A model generated the notes under the pieces. The model saw only the letters and a list, made by a program, of their open reading frames with translations. It made no database searches and was not told the origin of the DNA. A DNA stretch of 64,000 bases from an uncultured Methanomassiliicoccales archaeon. Its GTDB lineage: Archaea; Thermoplasmatota; Thermoplasmata; Methanomassiliicoccales; UBA472. Positions 10,460 to 21,363 of the stretch are shown one piece after another; within the stretch, counting starts at the first letter, position 1, and every line of letters begins with the position of its first letter. Made by a program: the position numbers and the translations under genes. The stretch is from contig OY968769.1 of the NCBI GenBank assembly GCA_963695345.1, positions 96,001-160,000 of the forward strand, read 5' to 3'.

Positions 10460-10676
10460 TAAATACTCATTCCCTAATGCCTGGTTCCATGGAAGGTCTG
10501 AGTTCTCCATCTGATCCGCATTGCTAGATTAGGAGCCAGTAATGCTGTCCAAGAAAGTTATCACCGGTGTCCAAATAGATCCTCATTCATGCCAATTGGT
10601 TGTATGTTCGAAGAAATGAACGAAGGACAAGAACAGTGTTATTCTCCATCCCCTTGACATACGAATGCTGAGCTCT

Positions 10677-10943
10677 TTACTTGACCAAGCCGATAGGGGA
10701 CAAGAGACTGGTCATCGGCGATTTTCTTTATTGGACCTTCCTTTCAGGATTATTCACTTTAAGGATCTTGCTTTATGGGACACTTAGCTTTGTCAGCATT
10801 GGTCTCAGCATTCTTCCTGGTAGGACTTTGGATTTTCCAGTTTGTCAAGCCTCTTCTCCAGCTCGTCAATCTTTGTGATAACTCGTTCATTTTGTCCGCC
10901 TCCAGGGGCCCCAGAACTTTTCTTGAGCTAAAGGCCCTGCCAT
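10677..10943 (-). pseudogene. Decayed paralog of the 5668-5955 gene
   Basis: Nucleotide similarity at both ends (gcggacaaaatgaacgag vs gcggagaagatgaacgag; ggtcaagtaaagagctca vs ggtcaaataaagagctca); several indels. Confidence 0.7.
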
Positions 10944-11103
10944 GATATCCCACTCCCTGAATGACTGGTTTTTCTGAGGATCAAAGGGTTAGGGTTTACA
11001 TCCCATCTCAAGTCCTTGGCAATTAGGTCGAAAGAATATCCTGGCCTCATTCCAGCATAATCCCGAACCTCATGGTTTCCCTGACCAAACCTGCCCGAAG
11101 ATG

Positions 11104-11871
11104 TTAGGGCCTGGCCTCATTCCATTGGTCTTCGAAGAGGTCCCTCATCCACCTCATTGATTCTGGATCGGTACCGGCGAGGACCTGGTAATCCATCTTC
11201 CCTTCCAGGTTCGGCAACGACATGCCCGCTGTCTTGTCGGTCAAAACCATCACGGAACAGATCCGGGGGATGAATCTCCTCTCCATTCCCTTTTCGACAA
11301 CGAGTTGTGTTTCTTCCATCGTCTCAGTGATACTTTCCTGCAGCAAGAACCTGACCTTCACTCCCTCCAACGAACGCTCCCTGAGTATCTTCCCATGGTG
11401 CTCCAAACCTTGATCGGACATCACATCGACCCACTTGGCGTTCTTGAAGATCTCGGAGACGGTATTGAGGTTGGGGACCGACTCGGTCAGAAGGACGGTC
11501 TTTGAGAGCTCGCCGAAACGGGCACGGAACTTTGGAGGGATGCGCGACGCATCATGTCCCAAGAAGTACTCCCTATGCTGGGAAAGGAATTGCATGGCGG
11601 AGGCGGATTCGAGGATGAGCTTGGCATACAGGGTGGAGCGATACTTGCCATCGGTGGTCTTCTCCAGGAGGTTGGCGTCCGTCAACCGCTGCAACTGCCT
11701 GAAGGCCTCGGTGGCGGTTATGTCCAGCTTCTTCGCGATCTCGTTCAGCTTGAGGTTCTGGGTCAGGAGCTCGTCGATTATCCTGCGCCGGTCCGCGCTT
11801 GATAGCTGAAAATAAAGCTCGGAGGACCGATCCTCATGGTCGTTCGTTTTCAACAAATGTAACACCAACAC
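11104..11871 (-). CDS. Winged-helix transcriptional regulator (HTH + DUF1724-like)
   Basis: LSSADRRRII...EAFRQLQRL HTH; YFLGHDASRIP and WMRDLFEDQW resemble archaeal DUF1724 regulators. Confidence 0.75.
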   Translation of the reverse strand: MLVLHLLKTNDHEDRSSELYFQLSSADRRRIIDELLTQNLKLNEIAKKLDITATEAFRQLQRLTDANLLEKTTDGKYRSTLYAKLILESASAMQFLSQHREYFLGHDASRIPPKFRARFGELSKTVLLTESVPNLNTVSEIFKNAKWVDVMSDQGLEHHGKILRERSLEGVKVRFLLQESITETMEETQLVVEKGMERRFIPRICSVMVLTDKTAGMSLPNLEGKMDYQVLAGTDPESMRWMRDLFEDQWNEARP

Positions 11872-11952
11872 ACATCTGATAATGACAACACATTCGGCTC
11901 AAATAATGGTTATCAGCCCACCTACGCCCTCACCTGATCTGAGGCTAGGAAA

Positions 11953-12216
11953 ATGGCTGACACGAACGGAAAGGACGAGAGGGCGTTCACGATCGAGCTG
12001 AGGTCCAAGGGAGACGTGAAAAACCTGTCCCTGGACAAAGGGGAACGGGTCTTCATAGAAGGCTCCTTGGGTGTTCTTGAGCGAGCCCGATTCATCGAGG
12101 ACATCGTTCTGGAGGTGATCGGAAGCAACGGCGTGCTCCGGATCGATCTTACCATGAAAGACCTGCGGATGAGCGCGGGGAAGGCTGAGGGACCCAGCAC
12201 CGATGCGGAGGGGTGA
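11953..12216 (+). CDS. Hypothetical archaeal small protein
   Basis: 87-aa ORF with coding-like codon usage; FTIELRSK and GVLRIDL motifs. Confidence 0.65.
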   Translation: MADTNGKDERAFTIELRSKGDVKNLSLDKGERVFIEGSLGVLERARFIEDIVLEVIGSNGVLRIDLTMKDLRMSAGKAEGPSTDAEG

Positions 12217-12369
12217 TGGGATGGACGAAGGACATTGCAGAAGGAACGTTCCGATGCCATTAACAGAGGTTCAGGAACCTCATGAGACCAGACAATTGGT
12301 GGGAAGTGGTTTCCAATGACAATAAGACCAGACAACATGATAGGGGAAGTGGAGGGACGCCACATGCAA

Positions 12370-13414
12370 ATGAAAGCGGTCATATGCCCTAAGATACGGG
12401 CCTCCGGAGGTCCTGGAACAGAAGGACATTGATAGGCCGGTCCCGTTGGACAATGAGGTCTTGGTCAGGATCAAGGCGACGACAGTGGTCCAAGCGGACA
12501 TCAGGATGCGGGCCTTCCGGGTCCCTCTTTCATTTTGGGTTCCAGCTCGGTTCGCCATCGGCATCACCAAACCGAAGAGACCCATACTGGGAACGGAGTT
12601 TGCCGGCGTGGTAGAAGGAATCGGGAAGGATGTCCAGAGATTCAAGGTCGGAGACGACGTGTTCGGCCTCACTGGCCATGATGGTGGATGCTATGCCGAA
12701 TACCGGTGTGTGCCCCAGGATGGTCCAGTGGCATTGAAACCAAATGACCTAAGCTTCGAGGAGGCGGCCGCCCTGCCCATGGGCGGACTGACGGCATGGC
12801 ATTTCCTGAGGAAAGGGAGTGTGGGCCGGGGTCAGAAGGTCCTGGTCTACGGCGCATCGGGGAGCATCGGGACCTACGCGGTACAGCTGGCCAAGCACCT
12901 GGGGGCGGAAGTGACCGGGGTGACCAGCACCGCCAATCTCGACCTGGTCCGGTCGCTGGGGGCGGACAATGTCATCGATTACACCAAGGAGGACTTCTCC
13001 CAGGCGGGCGCGGTCTACGACGTGGTCTTCGATACGGTGGGCAAGAGCTCGATCTCGGCCAGCATGAGGTCATTGAGGAAAGGAGGCTGTTATCTTCAGA
13101 CGGTCGCCACGCCCGGGACGAGCCTGCGCATGCGCTGGGCGGCGTTCACCACCGGCAACCGGCTGATCGGCGGCGTGATGGCGGGGACAGGCGATGACCT
13201 GGCCTTCCTGGGGAAGCTAGCCGGAACGGGGAAGATCAAACCATACATCGACAGGTCGTTCGCAATGGAGCAGATCGTTGAAGCCCACCGATATGTGGAA
13301 CTGGGACACAAGAAGGGCAATGTCACCATAACCGTGGGAGGCGGCCAGACTCCGCCAGCAGTAGGGAAGTTCCTACCTTTTGCTATTGAATCCTCGTCGT
13401 CCCGGAGGGGATGA
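12370..13414 (+). CDS. MDR-family NAD(P)-dependent oxidoreductase (quinone oxidoreductase-like; +1 frameshift near 12390)
   Basis: MKAVI start in the adjacent frame, then YGPPEVL, LGTEFAGVV, VYGASGSIG, GHKKGNV. Confidence 0.88.
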
Positions 13415-13415
13415 C

Positions 13416-14393
13416 ATGACAGGAGAGAACATGATGTCGGCAGCGACCGGTGGCGAAGAGCAGTCCGATCATCCCATATCGGCCAGGGATGTGGTGGTGA
13501 AGTTCGGGGCGACGACGGCGCTGGACCACTTCAGTGTGGACATCCCCAAGGGAGTGGTCGGGCTCCTAGGACCGAACGGGGCAGGTAAGAGCACCTTCAT
13601 CAAGACCGTGCTGGGCCTGGTCCAGCCGCGAAGCGGCCAGGTGACCGTCGCCGGGCTGGACGCCAGGAAGGATATGCTCACCATCCGCGATAAGGTCGGC
13701 TACATGCCCGAGCATGACTGCCTGATCGACCAGATGACCGGGGTAGAGCTGGTGTGCTACATGGGCAGGCTCTCCGGCATGTCGAAGGAGGACGTGGTGC
13801 CGCGCAGCCACGAGATGCTGGACTTCGTCGGCCTGGGCGAGGAGCGCTATCGCATGATAGGCTCCTATTCCACCGGCATGAAGCAGAGGGCCAAGCTGGC
13901 ACAGGCCTTGGTGCACGACCCGAGCATACTCTTCCTGGACGAGCCCACGAATGGCATGGACCCGCTGGGGCGGGAGGAGATCCTCGAGCTCATCGGGCGG
14001 ATATCCGCCACGGATAAATCCATCATAATCTCGTCGCACATCCTCCAGGATGTCGAGCACCTCTGCCGTGAGGTCGTAATCGTGAGCTCGGGTCGGGTGG
14101 CGGTGCAGGGAGAGCTGAAGGCACTGCTATCCCGGGGCAAGGGTCGCAAGCGCATCACGGTGAGGGGACCTGACCAGGGGCTCAAGTCCTTCGTCTCACG
14201 GCTGAGTTCGCTGGCGGAGGTACTCTCGATATCGGAGGAAGGCGGGCAGGCGACGATCGTCCTGGACATGAAGGACGGGAGCGGCACGGTCTTTGAGCTC
14301 GCCTCCGAGGAAGCGGTGCAGGTCCGGGCGTTCGTTCCTGACCGGGTCAGCCTGGAAGACTTCTTCATCGACGTGGTCAGGGAGGGACACTGA
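13416..14393 (+). CDS. ABC transporter ATP-binding protein
   Basis: Walker A GPNGAGKST, signature YSTGMKQR, Walker B LFLDEP. Confidence 0.93.
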   Translation: MTGENMMSAATGGEEQSDHPISARDVVVKFGATTALDHFSVDIPKGVVGLLGPNGAGKSTFIKTVLGLVQPRSGQVTVAGLDARKDMLTIRDKVGYMPEHDCLIDQMTGVELVCYMGRLSGMSKEDVVPRSHEMLDFVGLGEERYRMIGSYSTGMKQRAKLAQALVHDPSILFLDEPTNGMDPLGREEILELIGRISATDKSIIISSHILQDVEHLCREVVIVSSGRVAVQGELKALLSRGKGRKRITVRGPDQGLKSFVSRLSSLAEVLSISEEGGQATIVLDMKDGSGTVFELASEEAVQVRAFVPDRVSLEDFFIDVVREGH

Positions 14394-15214
14394 TGGGCCT
14401 CAATCCCATCGAGTACCGACCCTGGAAGGGGAAGCGGGTTGAGCATGGCCGCCGTCCTTTGATCATCGCCAGTAAGGTCGTTGAGCAGAAGCTGGGCTCC
14501 AAATGGCTCCTCGGCCTGCTGATCCTCGGCGGTTTCCTGGTGCAAGGACTGTCCCTCATCCTCCTGTCCACCATGCCGCACCAGTCCCTCACCCCGGAGG
14601 CCATGGCCGGCCAGATGCAGGGAGCTCTGTTCTACGTCTTTGCCATCATCCTCGTGGCCATGACCTGCGGCGACCTGCTGGCGGAGGATTTGCGCGCCAG
14701 TTCCTTGGTGCTCTATCTCACCAGGGGGATCAGGACCTACGGTTACCTGCTGGGGAAGCTGTTGGGCGCCACCATCGTCATCGGGATATTCACCCTGGCC
14801 CTGCCCCTGGTGCTGGCCTGCGCCTTGACCGCCACTCAGTCCGGCAGCGATTACACGGCGAGCCTGGAGGTCATCGGCCGCACCGTGGCGGCTGGCGCCT
14901 GGACCACGGTGCTGTTGATGCCGGTGGGCCTGCTGTTTTCCTCCCTCACGAGCAAGAAGACCTACGCGGCTGTCGGGGCCTTCATGACCTTCTTCGTCAT
15001 GGAGATCATGGGCAACTTCCTTTCCCAATTCGATGCCGATTGGGCCGTCCTCGGGCCGCAGAGCCTCCTGTCCCATTCGTTCGAGGTCATCTACGGTCTG
15101 GAGGTGACGGGGGGTGTGGACCTGTGGTTGATGGCCATTGTATCACTCGCGCTCATCGTGCCCCCGGCCATCATCACCTACCTCAACGTGTACAAAATGG
15201 AGGTGGGGCAATGA
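14393..15214 (+). CDS. ABC-2 type permease
   Basis: About 6 TM helices, YLLGKLLG motif, translationally coupled to neighbours. Confidence 0.85.
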   Translation: MGLNPIEYRPWKGKRVEHGRRPLIIASKVVEQKLGSKWLLGLLILGGFLVQGLSLILLSTMPHQSLTPEAMAGQMQGALFYVFAIILVAMTCGDLLAEDLRASSLVLYLTRGIRTYGYLLGKLLGATIVIGIFTLALPLVLACALTATQSGSDYTASLEVIGRTVAAGAWTTVLLMPVGLLFSSLTSKKTYAAVGAFMTFFVMEIMGNFLSQFDADWAVLGPQSLLSHSFEVIYGLEVTGGVDLWLMAIVSLALIVPPAIITYLNVYKMEVGQ

Positions 15215-16143
15215 GCGATCCTGTCGTCCAGGCCATCGAGGTATCCAAATGGTACGGGGACGTGATCGGTCTGAACGGCCTCAGCATCGAGGTGCCCAAA
15301 GGCATAACCGGCATCGTCGGCCCGAACGGCGCGGGGAAGAGCACCTTCTTCAAGCTGGTGGCGGGGACCGTCCGGCCGAGCGCCGGACTCATCACCGTGC
15401 TGGGCGAGAGCACATGGAAGAACCCGGCCCTGCTAGGCCGGATAGGTTTCTGTCCAGACTTTGACTTCCTGCCGGCCGATCTGAGCGGGCGGGGGTACCT
15501 GCGGCTGTGCGGAGGGCTGCATGGCATGAACGGGGGACCGCTGGTGCAGAGGATTGACCAGGTGCTCGATACCGTGCACATGGTCAAAGACGCGGACCGC
15601 AAGATGGGAGGTTACAGCAAGGGCATGCGGCAGAGGATCAAGATCGCCGGGGCCCTGCTCCATGATCCTGAGGTCCTCTTCCTGGACGAACCGTTCTCCG
15701 GGACGGACCCGGTGGTCAAGCGTGAGCTCATGGACCTGACCAGAGAACTGAACCAGAGCCATGGCCACGATATCGTCGTATCAACGCATGTGTTGCATGA
15801 GGTGGAGCGGCTCACACACTCCATTGCCTTGCTCTACAAGGGGAGGGCGGTGGCCACCGGGGATGTCTCCGAGATACGGGGGCTGATGAGCGCATATCCA
15901 CACCATATCGTCATCGAGGGGACCGGGATCTTGAAGCTGGCCAAGGAGCTGATCGACCAGGACTTCACCGTCTCGGTCGAGCTTCGGCCGGACCGTAAAG
16001 GGCTCACGGCCATGGTCAGCAGGCCGAACGATTTCTTCAACGAACTACCCTCGATGTTGAGACGAACGGAGAGCGAGATTGAGCGTATGGAAAGCACGGA
16101 CGACGACCTGGAATCGGTGTTCCGCTATCTGGTGAGGTGGTAA
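15211..16143 (+). CDS. ABC transporter ATP-binding protein
   Basis: GPNGAGKST, YSKGMRQR, LFLDEP; true start is ATG 15211 (ATGA overlap). Confidence 0.93.
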   Translation: MSDPVVQAIEVSKWYGDVIGLNGLSIEVPKGITGIVGPNGAGKSTFFKLVAGTVRPSAGLITVLGESTWKNPALLGRIGFCPDFDFLPADLSGRGYLRLCGGLHGMNGGPLVQRIDQVLDTVHMVKDADRKMGGYSKGMRQRIKIAGALLHDPEVLFLDEPFSGTDPVVKRELMDLTRELNQSHGHDIVVSTHVLHEVERLTHSIALLYKGRAVATGDVSEIRGLMSAYPHHIVIEGTGILKLAKELIDQDFTVSVELRPDRKGLTAMVSRPNDFFNELPSMLRRTESEIERMESTDDDLESVFRYLVRW

Positions 16144-16144
16144 G

Positions 16145-16895
16145 ATGATCTCGAACGGCTGGATTGGGCTAAGGACGATGCTATGGTTCTCGACAAGAAA
16201 ACTTTTGCTTAACCGCAGATGGCTGATCGTGGCACTGCTCGCCCTGCTGGTCGCCGCCTTCTCAGGCTTTTCGGCGACGCAGAACATCGACCGACTGGAG
16301 GATGGGAGCAACATACTGGCAATGCTCATCCTCTCCTTCCTCCTGCCGGTGCTGGCGCTGGTATACGGGGCTTCGATGATCCGGAACGAGATCGACGACC
16401 GCAGCATCACAACCGTCGTCACCTCGCCCCTGGACCGCCGCGTATCCTACCTGGCATACTTCCTGGCGCTCATCCTGGTGCTTGGGGCGATGATGCTGTT
16501 GCTCAACATCGTGGGATGGTCGAGCTTTTTCCTGGTCGCCGGGATGGACGCTGAGGCGGTGGACCTGCTGCTGGGTTACTCGCTCATCCTGTTGATAGGC
16601 GGAGTGGTGTATGCCTCCCTGTTTTTGGCACTGGGCGTGGTGCTCAGGCAGCCGATCTATCTCGGACTCATCTACGTCTTTGTCTGGGAGGGGTTCGTGG
16701 GCTCGGCGCCCGGTGCCATAGGGGAGTTTACCATCGGGCACCAGCTGGGAGTAATCGCCTCCCAGGTCATCGGTGAGGGTGGGATATCACGCCTGAGTGG
16801 CGATCCCCTGATATCGGCGATGGCCCTTTTGGCGGTGACGGCAGTCAACCCTGGTCCTGGGGGCAGTGACCTTCCACGGGAAGGAGCTCCCCTGA
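16145..16895 (+). CDS. ABC-2 type permease (+1 frameshift near 16846; corrected stop at 16893-16895)
   Basis: TM helices and EIDDRSI motif; the corrected frame ends TLVLGAVTFHGKELP*, followed by a GC hairpin and T tract. Confidence 0.8.
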
Positions 16896-17342
16896 ACCGG
16901 CCATGGCCGAAAGGCCGCCTTTTTTTATTCTTTTTCAGGCAAGGATCGTTCGGAGACCTCCGACCCAGGGTAACTGAGATGGCATTGCGTTGTTGGGCGG
17001 TGAAGAGGGCTTTCATACCCTTCTTTCTCCCTATCGACGAAGACCAGGCCGATTGTTGGCACCGCCAGCGGAGCTGTGTATCCAATTGGCCAGGATCGTT
17101 CCGTCAGATCCATTCGATGCCGTGGTCGTGGCAGGGGGCGAAACGCTCGCCGACGATGACTGAGTCCCAAACCGCCGGAGCTGTGGCATGCATCTTGACT
17201 GCGTGGATAGGATCGCAACGAGGCAGGTATGGAGGGGATGAAAGCCCGCACGTTCTACGGCATTCGTTCGTCAGGACGATGTAAGTAACCGATGTGATCT
17301 TACATCTGTTGAACATAGCCCCTGAGATAGCATTCCCAATGA

Positions 17343-18498
17343 TCAGGCCGCAGGAGTGGGTATCTCTCCTTTCCCCGGTGGCGGCGTCGCCGAAGAGGAT
17401 GGCGCTGTTGTTGGTCAGGTCTCCCTTCTTGATCATCAGCTCGGAGTTCAGGAACTGCCGCGCCCCGAGGAACGCCATTCCGATGTTGTCCACCTGGAAG
17501 AGCCTCCCGTAGAACTGTTGGGTGAAGAGCTCGGCGCCGACCTCGGTCACCGGCCAGAAATAGCCGGCATAGGCCTGCACCCCTCTGGCGATGAAGGCGG
17601 CAGCGATCCCGTTGCTATGGTTCTCGTTCGACACCAGCCGCTTGCCTCCCGCCGCCCGCCCTGATTCACAGGCGCTGTTGAAGACGATGTACGGCGGTTT
17701 CTTCCATTTCAGGTCGAAGATCTCGTCAGCGGTAAGGTCCCCGTCCGCGAACCGTACCGCACTGGTCTCCGGTGCGGAAGGGTCGAATGAGCCGTGCCCG
17801 GAGAAATGAACGATGTCATAGTCCTCACTGGCCAGCCTTTCGGAGAAGGCCGCCAGCGTGGCCTGTTCCCGGGTCAATACATCCACCCTGACACTGAACC
17901 GGTCATACGGACCTTCCAGCTTTCGGAGCGCGTCGATCTCCCGTTCCCCCGCGGTCAGGTCGAGGGTCGGATTTCCGATCGCCAGTATCTTGACCACATT
18001 GTCCTCGTTCAATGGGTTGGCACCGGGTTCGGGGAATATCCTGGTGGTGACCAATCGACCGAAGGGGGTCACCATGGCCATCGGGACATCCCGGGCCATG
18101 AGCAGTTCCCAGGGAAGGTTGAGGATGGTCTCATCCACGTTCAGAAGGATCGCCGTGGGCTCGATGTTCGCCAGTACCTTGGTCCCCGGAACACCGATGA
18201 AGATGTCGTACAATCTCTTTCCCAGCAGTCGAACCCGTTCCTGGGCCTCCTTCGGTGAGAGGTCCTCTCTGACGCTCCACAGATAGAGCTCGTGCGTCGT
18301 GTCCAGCAGGTACCGCTCATCCTCCGGCTCTACCGTGATGTTCTGTTGCCAGGTCACCCCGGTCCCCTCCTCATGTATGGAGACGAGGAACTGGAGCGAC
18401 TCGCCATCCATTGGCAGGTCCCTGCTGTACCGGGCGATCGAGATGTGCAGCACTCGCGGAAGAGACTTCTTCATGCCTTTGCGATATTCACCTATCAT
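17343..18498 (-). CDS. CHAT domain (caspase-HetF) protease
   Basis: LNLPWELL, catalytic His in IVHFSGHG, catalytic Cys in FNSACESG, GYFWPV, LFGD. RBS ggagg lies upstream. Likely true stop at 17343 after a +1 shift. Confidence 0.88.
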
Positions 18499-18538
18499 GG
18501 CCAGGATACCTCCCTCCTTTCTTGTTTACACCCTATGA

Positions 18539-19361
18539 TCAGATCGTCAGCACCTTTTGCATTTCGAACGCGTCGTCCTTGTTCCCTACCCGGTCCAGGT
18601 TCGGTCTTTGATTCTTGGGCATCATCTTTACTATGCTCTCGTGCAATGTCAGGTAGTTCCCGTCGAACTGACCGTCGTTCCAGACCGCCCTCAGCATGGA
18701 AGTGAACAGACTGTTCCTCTCGCCGTCCCTGGATTGCTGCCAATCCTGGCAGCCGGAGATCAGGAGGACAGAGGCCTTCACGTCCTCTGCCCTGACGTTT
18801 GCGGTCTCCCTCTGGAGCTGGTCATAGAATTCCCTGTTGCTCTCGTATACGTCCTTCACGATCGAATCTGGCATCGCCTTCACCCGTGATCGGAACGGTG
18901 TACCCTGCTGCAACGAACGGATGACGTCCCCTTTGATGATCGTCCCGCTGTGGCAGCTGTCGGAGAAGACGATCACGCGCACCCCTTGGGCGAATTTGGA
19001 GTACAGCGCCAGGAGCTCATCGTCCATGATCTCACCGTCATAGAGGCACCAGGTCTCATCCTGTTCGTCGTCCTCGTCGCCATTCACATCCGGTAACCAG
19101 CTGCCATGGCCGGAATAGTAGAGCAGGAAAATGTCCCCCGACACCAGCACATTGGCCGCTTTCGTCATCTCGTCGATCACCGATTGCCTGGTCGCCTCCG
19201 CGGTAAAGAGGGCCTTTACCTCGAATCCTTTTGACCTGGCAATTTCGACCATGTCATTGGCATCCCCCTCACAGGCGTTCAGCTCGCCTGACCATTCGTT
19301 CGCGTACTTGTTGAGGGTCGACCCGGTTCAACCCGATTATCAATGCCTTTCCTATTGCCAT
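18539..19361 (-). CDS. Metacaspase (peptidase C14; +1 frameshift near 19315)
   Basis: N-terminal ALIIGLNRVDP...GELNACEGDANDM, dyad YYSGHG and FSDSCHSG, p10 region ISGCQDWQQSRDG. Confidence 0.92.
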
Positions 19362-19584
19362 ACGATCCCCTCGGCCACCCTGGATCGGGCTGGGCGTAAA
19401 TCGATCAATATTCATTCGTTATCGAAGTTATAAAACATTTCCGCCCGCCCCGGTTTCGATTCCTTGAAACTTATCGGACAAGGATATTGCCATATGGCGA
19501 TCGAGCTGACATCACCCTTGCATTGGTCAATTATACATTTTAATAGATGCAAATGCGTTAATTATACGATCGAGGGGGAGACAC

Positions 19585-20157
19585 ATGAAATGTCCTAAAT
19601 GTGGAGAGGAGAATCCGGATAATGCGTTGAAATGTGCCGCGTGCGATTATCCATTTACCAAGGCACCGCCACCGAGACCGGGCATAGACCCGTCCAGACC
19701 CCAGGATCCCGATTATGCGAAGAGGTACTGGGAGAGATTGGACCAGTTGTTCTACGACACGCTGAAGAACGCTGAGACGGCTTATAAGGTCAACCTGATC
19801 ATAAACCTGATCGTGGTCGCCGTCGGGATATCGCTCCTGGCATATTCGATGTATTATAGCTGGTTCAACAATCTGGATATCTACTCGGTGGGTTTTGGAG
19901 CATTGGGAGTGGTCACCTTCATAACCACGTTCTTCATCACCACGCAAAAGAAGATCCAAAGAAGGGTGGGGGACCTGACCCAGATCCAGATCGTGTACCG
20001 CTCCTATTGTCTCTTCGAGGAGGCGGTGGGCGACTGGGAGAGGAAGCATTCCGATGCGGACATGACGCTGCAGAACTTGGACGAGATAAATGCCCAACTT
20101 TCCAAGATGATGGCGTCGGCCACGAACAGCATAGAACAGGTCGTTGGGGAGGACTGA
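19585..20157 (+). CDS. Zinc-ribbon protein with two TM helices and helical tail
   Basis: MKCPKCG...CAAC zinc ribbon, Pro-rich linker, two hydrophobic helices; RBS gagggg. Confidence 0.8.
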   Translation: MKCPKCGEENPDNALKCAACDYPFTKAPPPRPGIDPSRPQDPDYAKRYWERLDQLFYDTLKNAETAYKVNLIINLIVVAVGISLLAYSMYYSWFNNLDIYSVGFGALGVVTFITTFFITTQKKIQRRVGDLTQIQIVYRSYCLFEEAVGDWERKHSDADMTLQNLDEINAQLSKMMASATNSIEQVVGED

Positions 20158-20333
20158 GGTACCGGTCACAGGCTGGACCGGTTCCGCCCCGATGGACAAG
20201 ATGAGGGGTTTCGATCATGCGGTGTCGGAGCCCATCTAGATATGGCAACCAAATCGAAATCCAAATATGCCCAGAACTTACGTAAAATTCATTCGCCATT
20301 ATACATGATCTTAATTTGACGGAGGAACGAGCA

Positions 20334-20625
20334 ATGATACCGGAGAAGCTGATGGAAATCATGGAAAAGGATGGAGTTGTCGCTATCGCCACCTTGGGCC
20401 CCGGCGGTCCACATATGGTCAATACTTGGAACAGCTATCTCAGAATTTCAAAGCAGGGGCAATTATTGATCCCAGTAGGCTACATGCATAGGACAGAGGC
20501 CAACATTGCCCACGATCCGAACATATTGATCACATTGGGCAGCAGCAAGGTAGAGGGCTTGCACGGAGCGGGCGCCGGTTTCCTGATCAAGGGAAAAGCG
20601 AGATTCTTAACCTCTGGCCCTGAAG
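20334..20625 (+). pseudogene. 3'-truncated pyridoxamine 5'-phosphate oxidase-family FMN-binding protein
   Basis: GVVAIAT, HMVNTWNSY, GFLIKGKARF; homology stops at TSGPE where the repeats begin. Confidence 0.75.
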
Positions 20626-21128
20626 ACCCCGGCGGAGTAACGGTTGGCAAGGATGCTATTCTGACCGGAGCTATCTATCTGCTGCCACACCACCATGGCA
20701 TTGCCGTTGATGTCCATGGCGATCTGCGGATTGGTTGCCTCCCCTGTACCGGACTCTAGCCAAACTGCCCCTCCCCAAACCCCGGCGGAGTAATGGTTGG
20801 CTAATATACTTTGGTTCCTTGAGCCGTCTGTCTGCTGCCACACCACCATGGCATTGCCGTTGATGTCCATGGCGATCTGCGGATTGGTTGCATTCCCGGT
20901 GCCAGCCTCTAGCCACACTGCGCCTCTCCAGGTCCCCGCAGAGTAACGGTTGGCGAGTATGCTCGTGTTACTAGAGCTGTCAACCTGTTGCCATACCACT
21001 ATGGCATCTCCATTGCCTGACCTGGCGATCTGCGGATTGGTTGCATTCCCGGTGCCAGCCTCTAGCCAGACCACTCCACTCCAAACCCCGGCGGAGTAAC
21101 GGTTGGCCAAGATGCTATAGTGACCGGA
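20626..21128 (-). repeat. 3.3 tandem 153-bp (51-aa) beta-propeller-like coding repeats; gene fragment
   Basis: Unit SILANRYSAGVWxGAVWLEAGTGNATNPQIAMDINGNAMVVWQQ; accccggcggagtaa-like start at 20626, 20779, about 20932 and 21085. Confidence 0.85.
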
Positions 21129-21363
21129 TTCCATTTCCGGCCTGGACGGATGAAAGAGAGCGGGATCGATCATGCCGACTCTCCTTTCATCTTCCCAATT
21201 TCCCCTTGAACCAATGATGGACCCGCGAACCGCCCTGCCAGATACTGAATGGATTCTTTTGATTCCCCGAACAAGAAATTTCGAGGAACCGAAATCTTCG
21301 GTTATTATTGGTTCAGAAACCTTCTTTATTGGCATCTGCCTGGGTTTGCCCCATGATCTGCTC

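Noticed and set aside
11040-11124. 15-bp direct repeat cctggcctcattcca at 11040 and 11110
   Set aside because: Only two copies, 70 bp apart, with no element between them; cannot be distinguished from a minor local duplication
20626-21128. 153-bp repeats as a CRISPR array or DGR template/variable repeats
   Set aside because: Units are contiguous, in-frame coding repeats with no unique spacers; no cas or reverse transcriptase gene is seen
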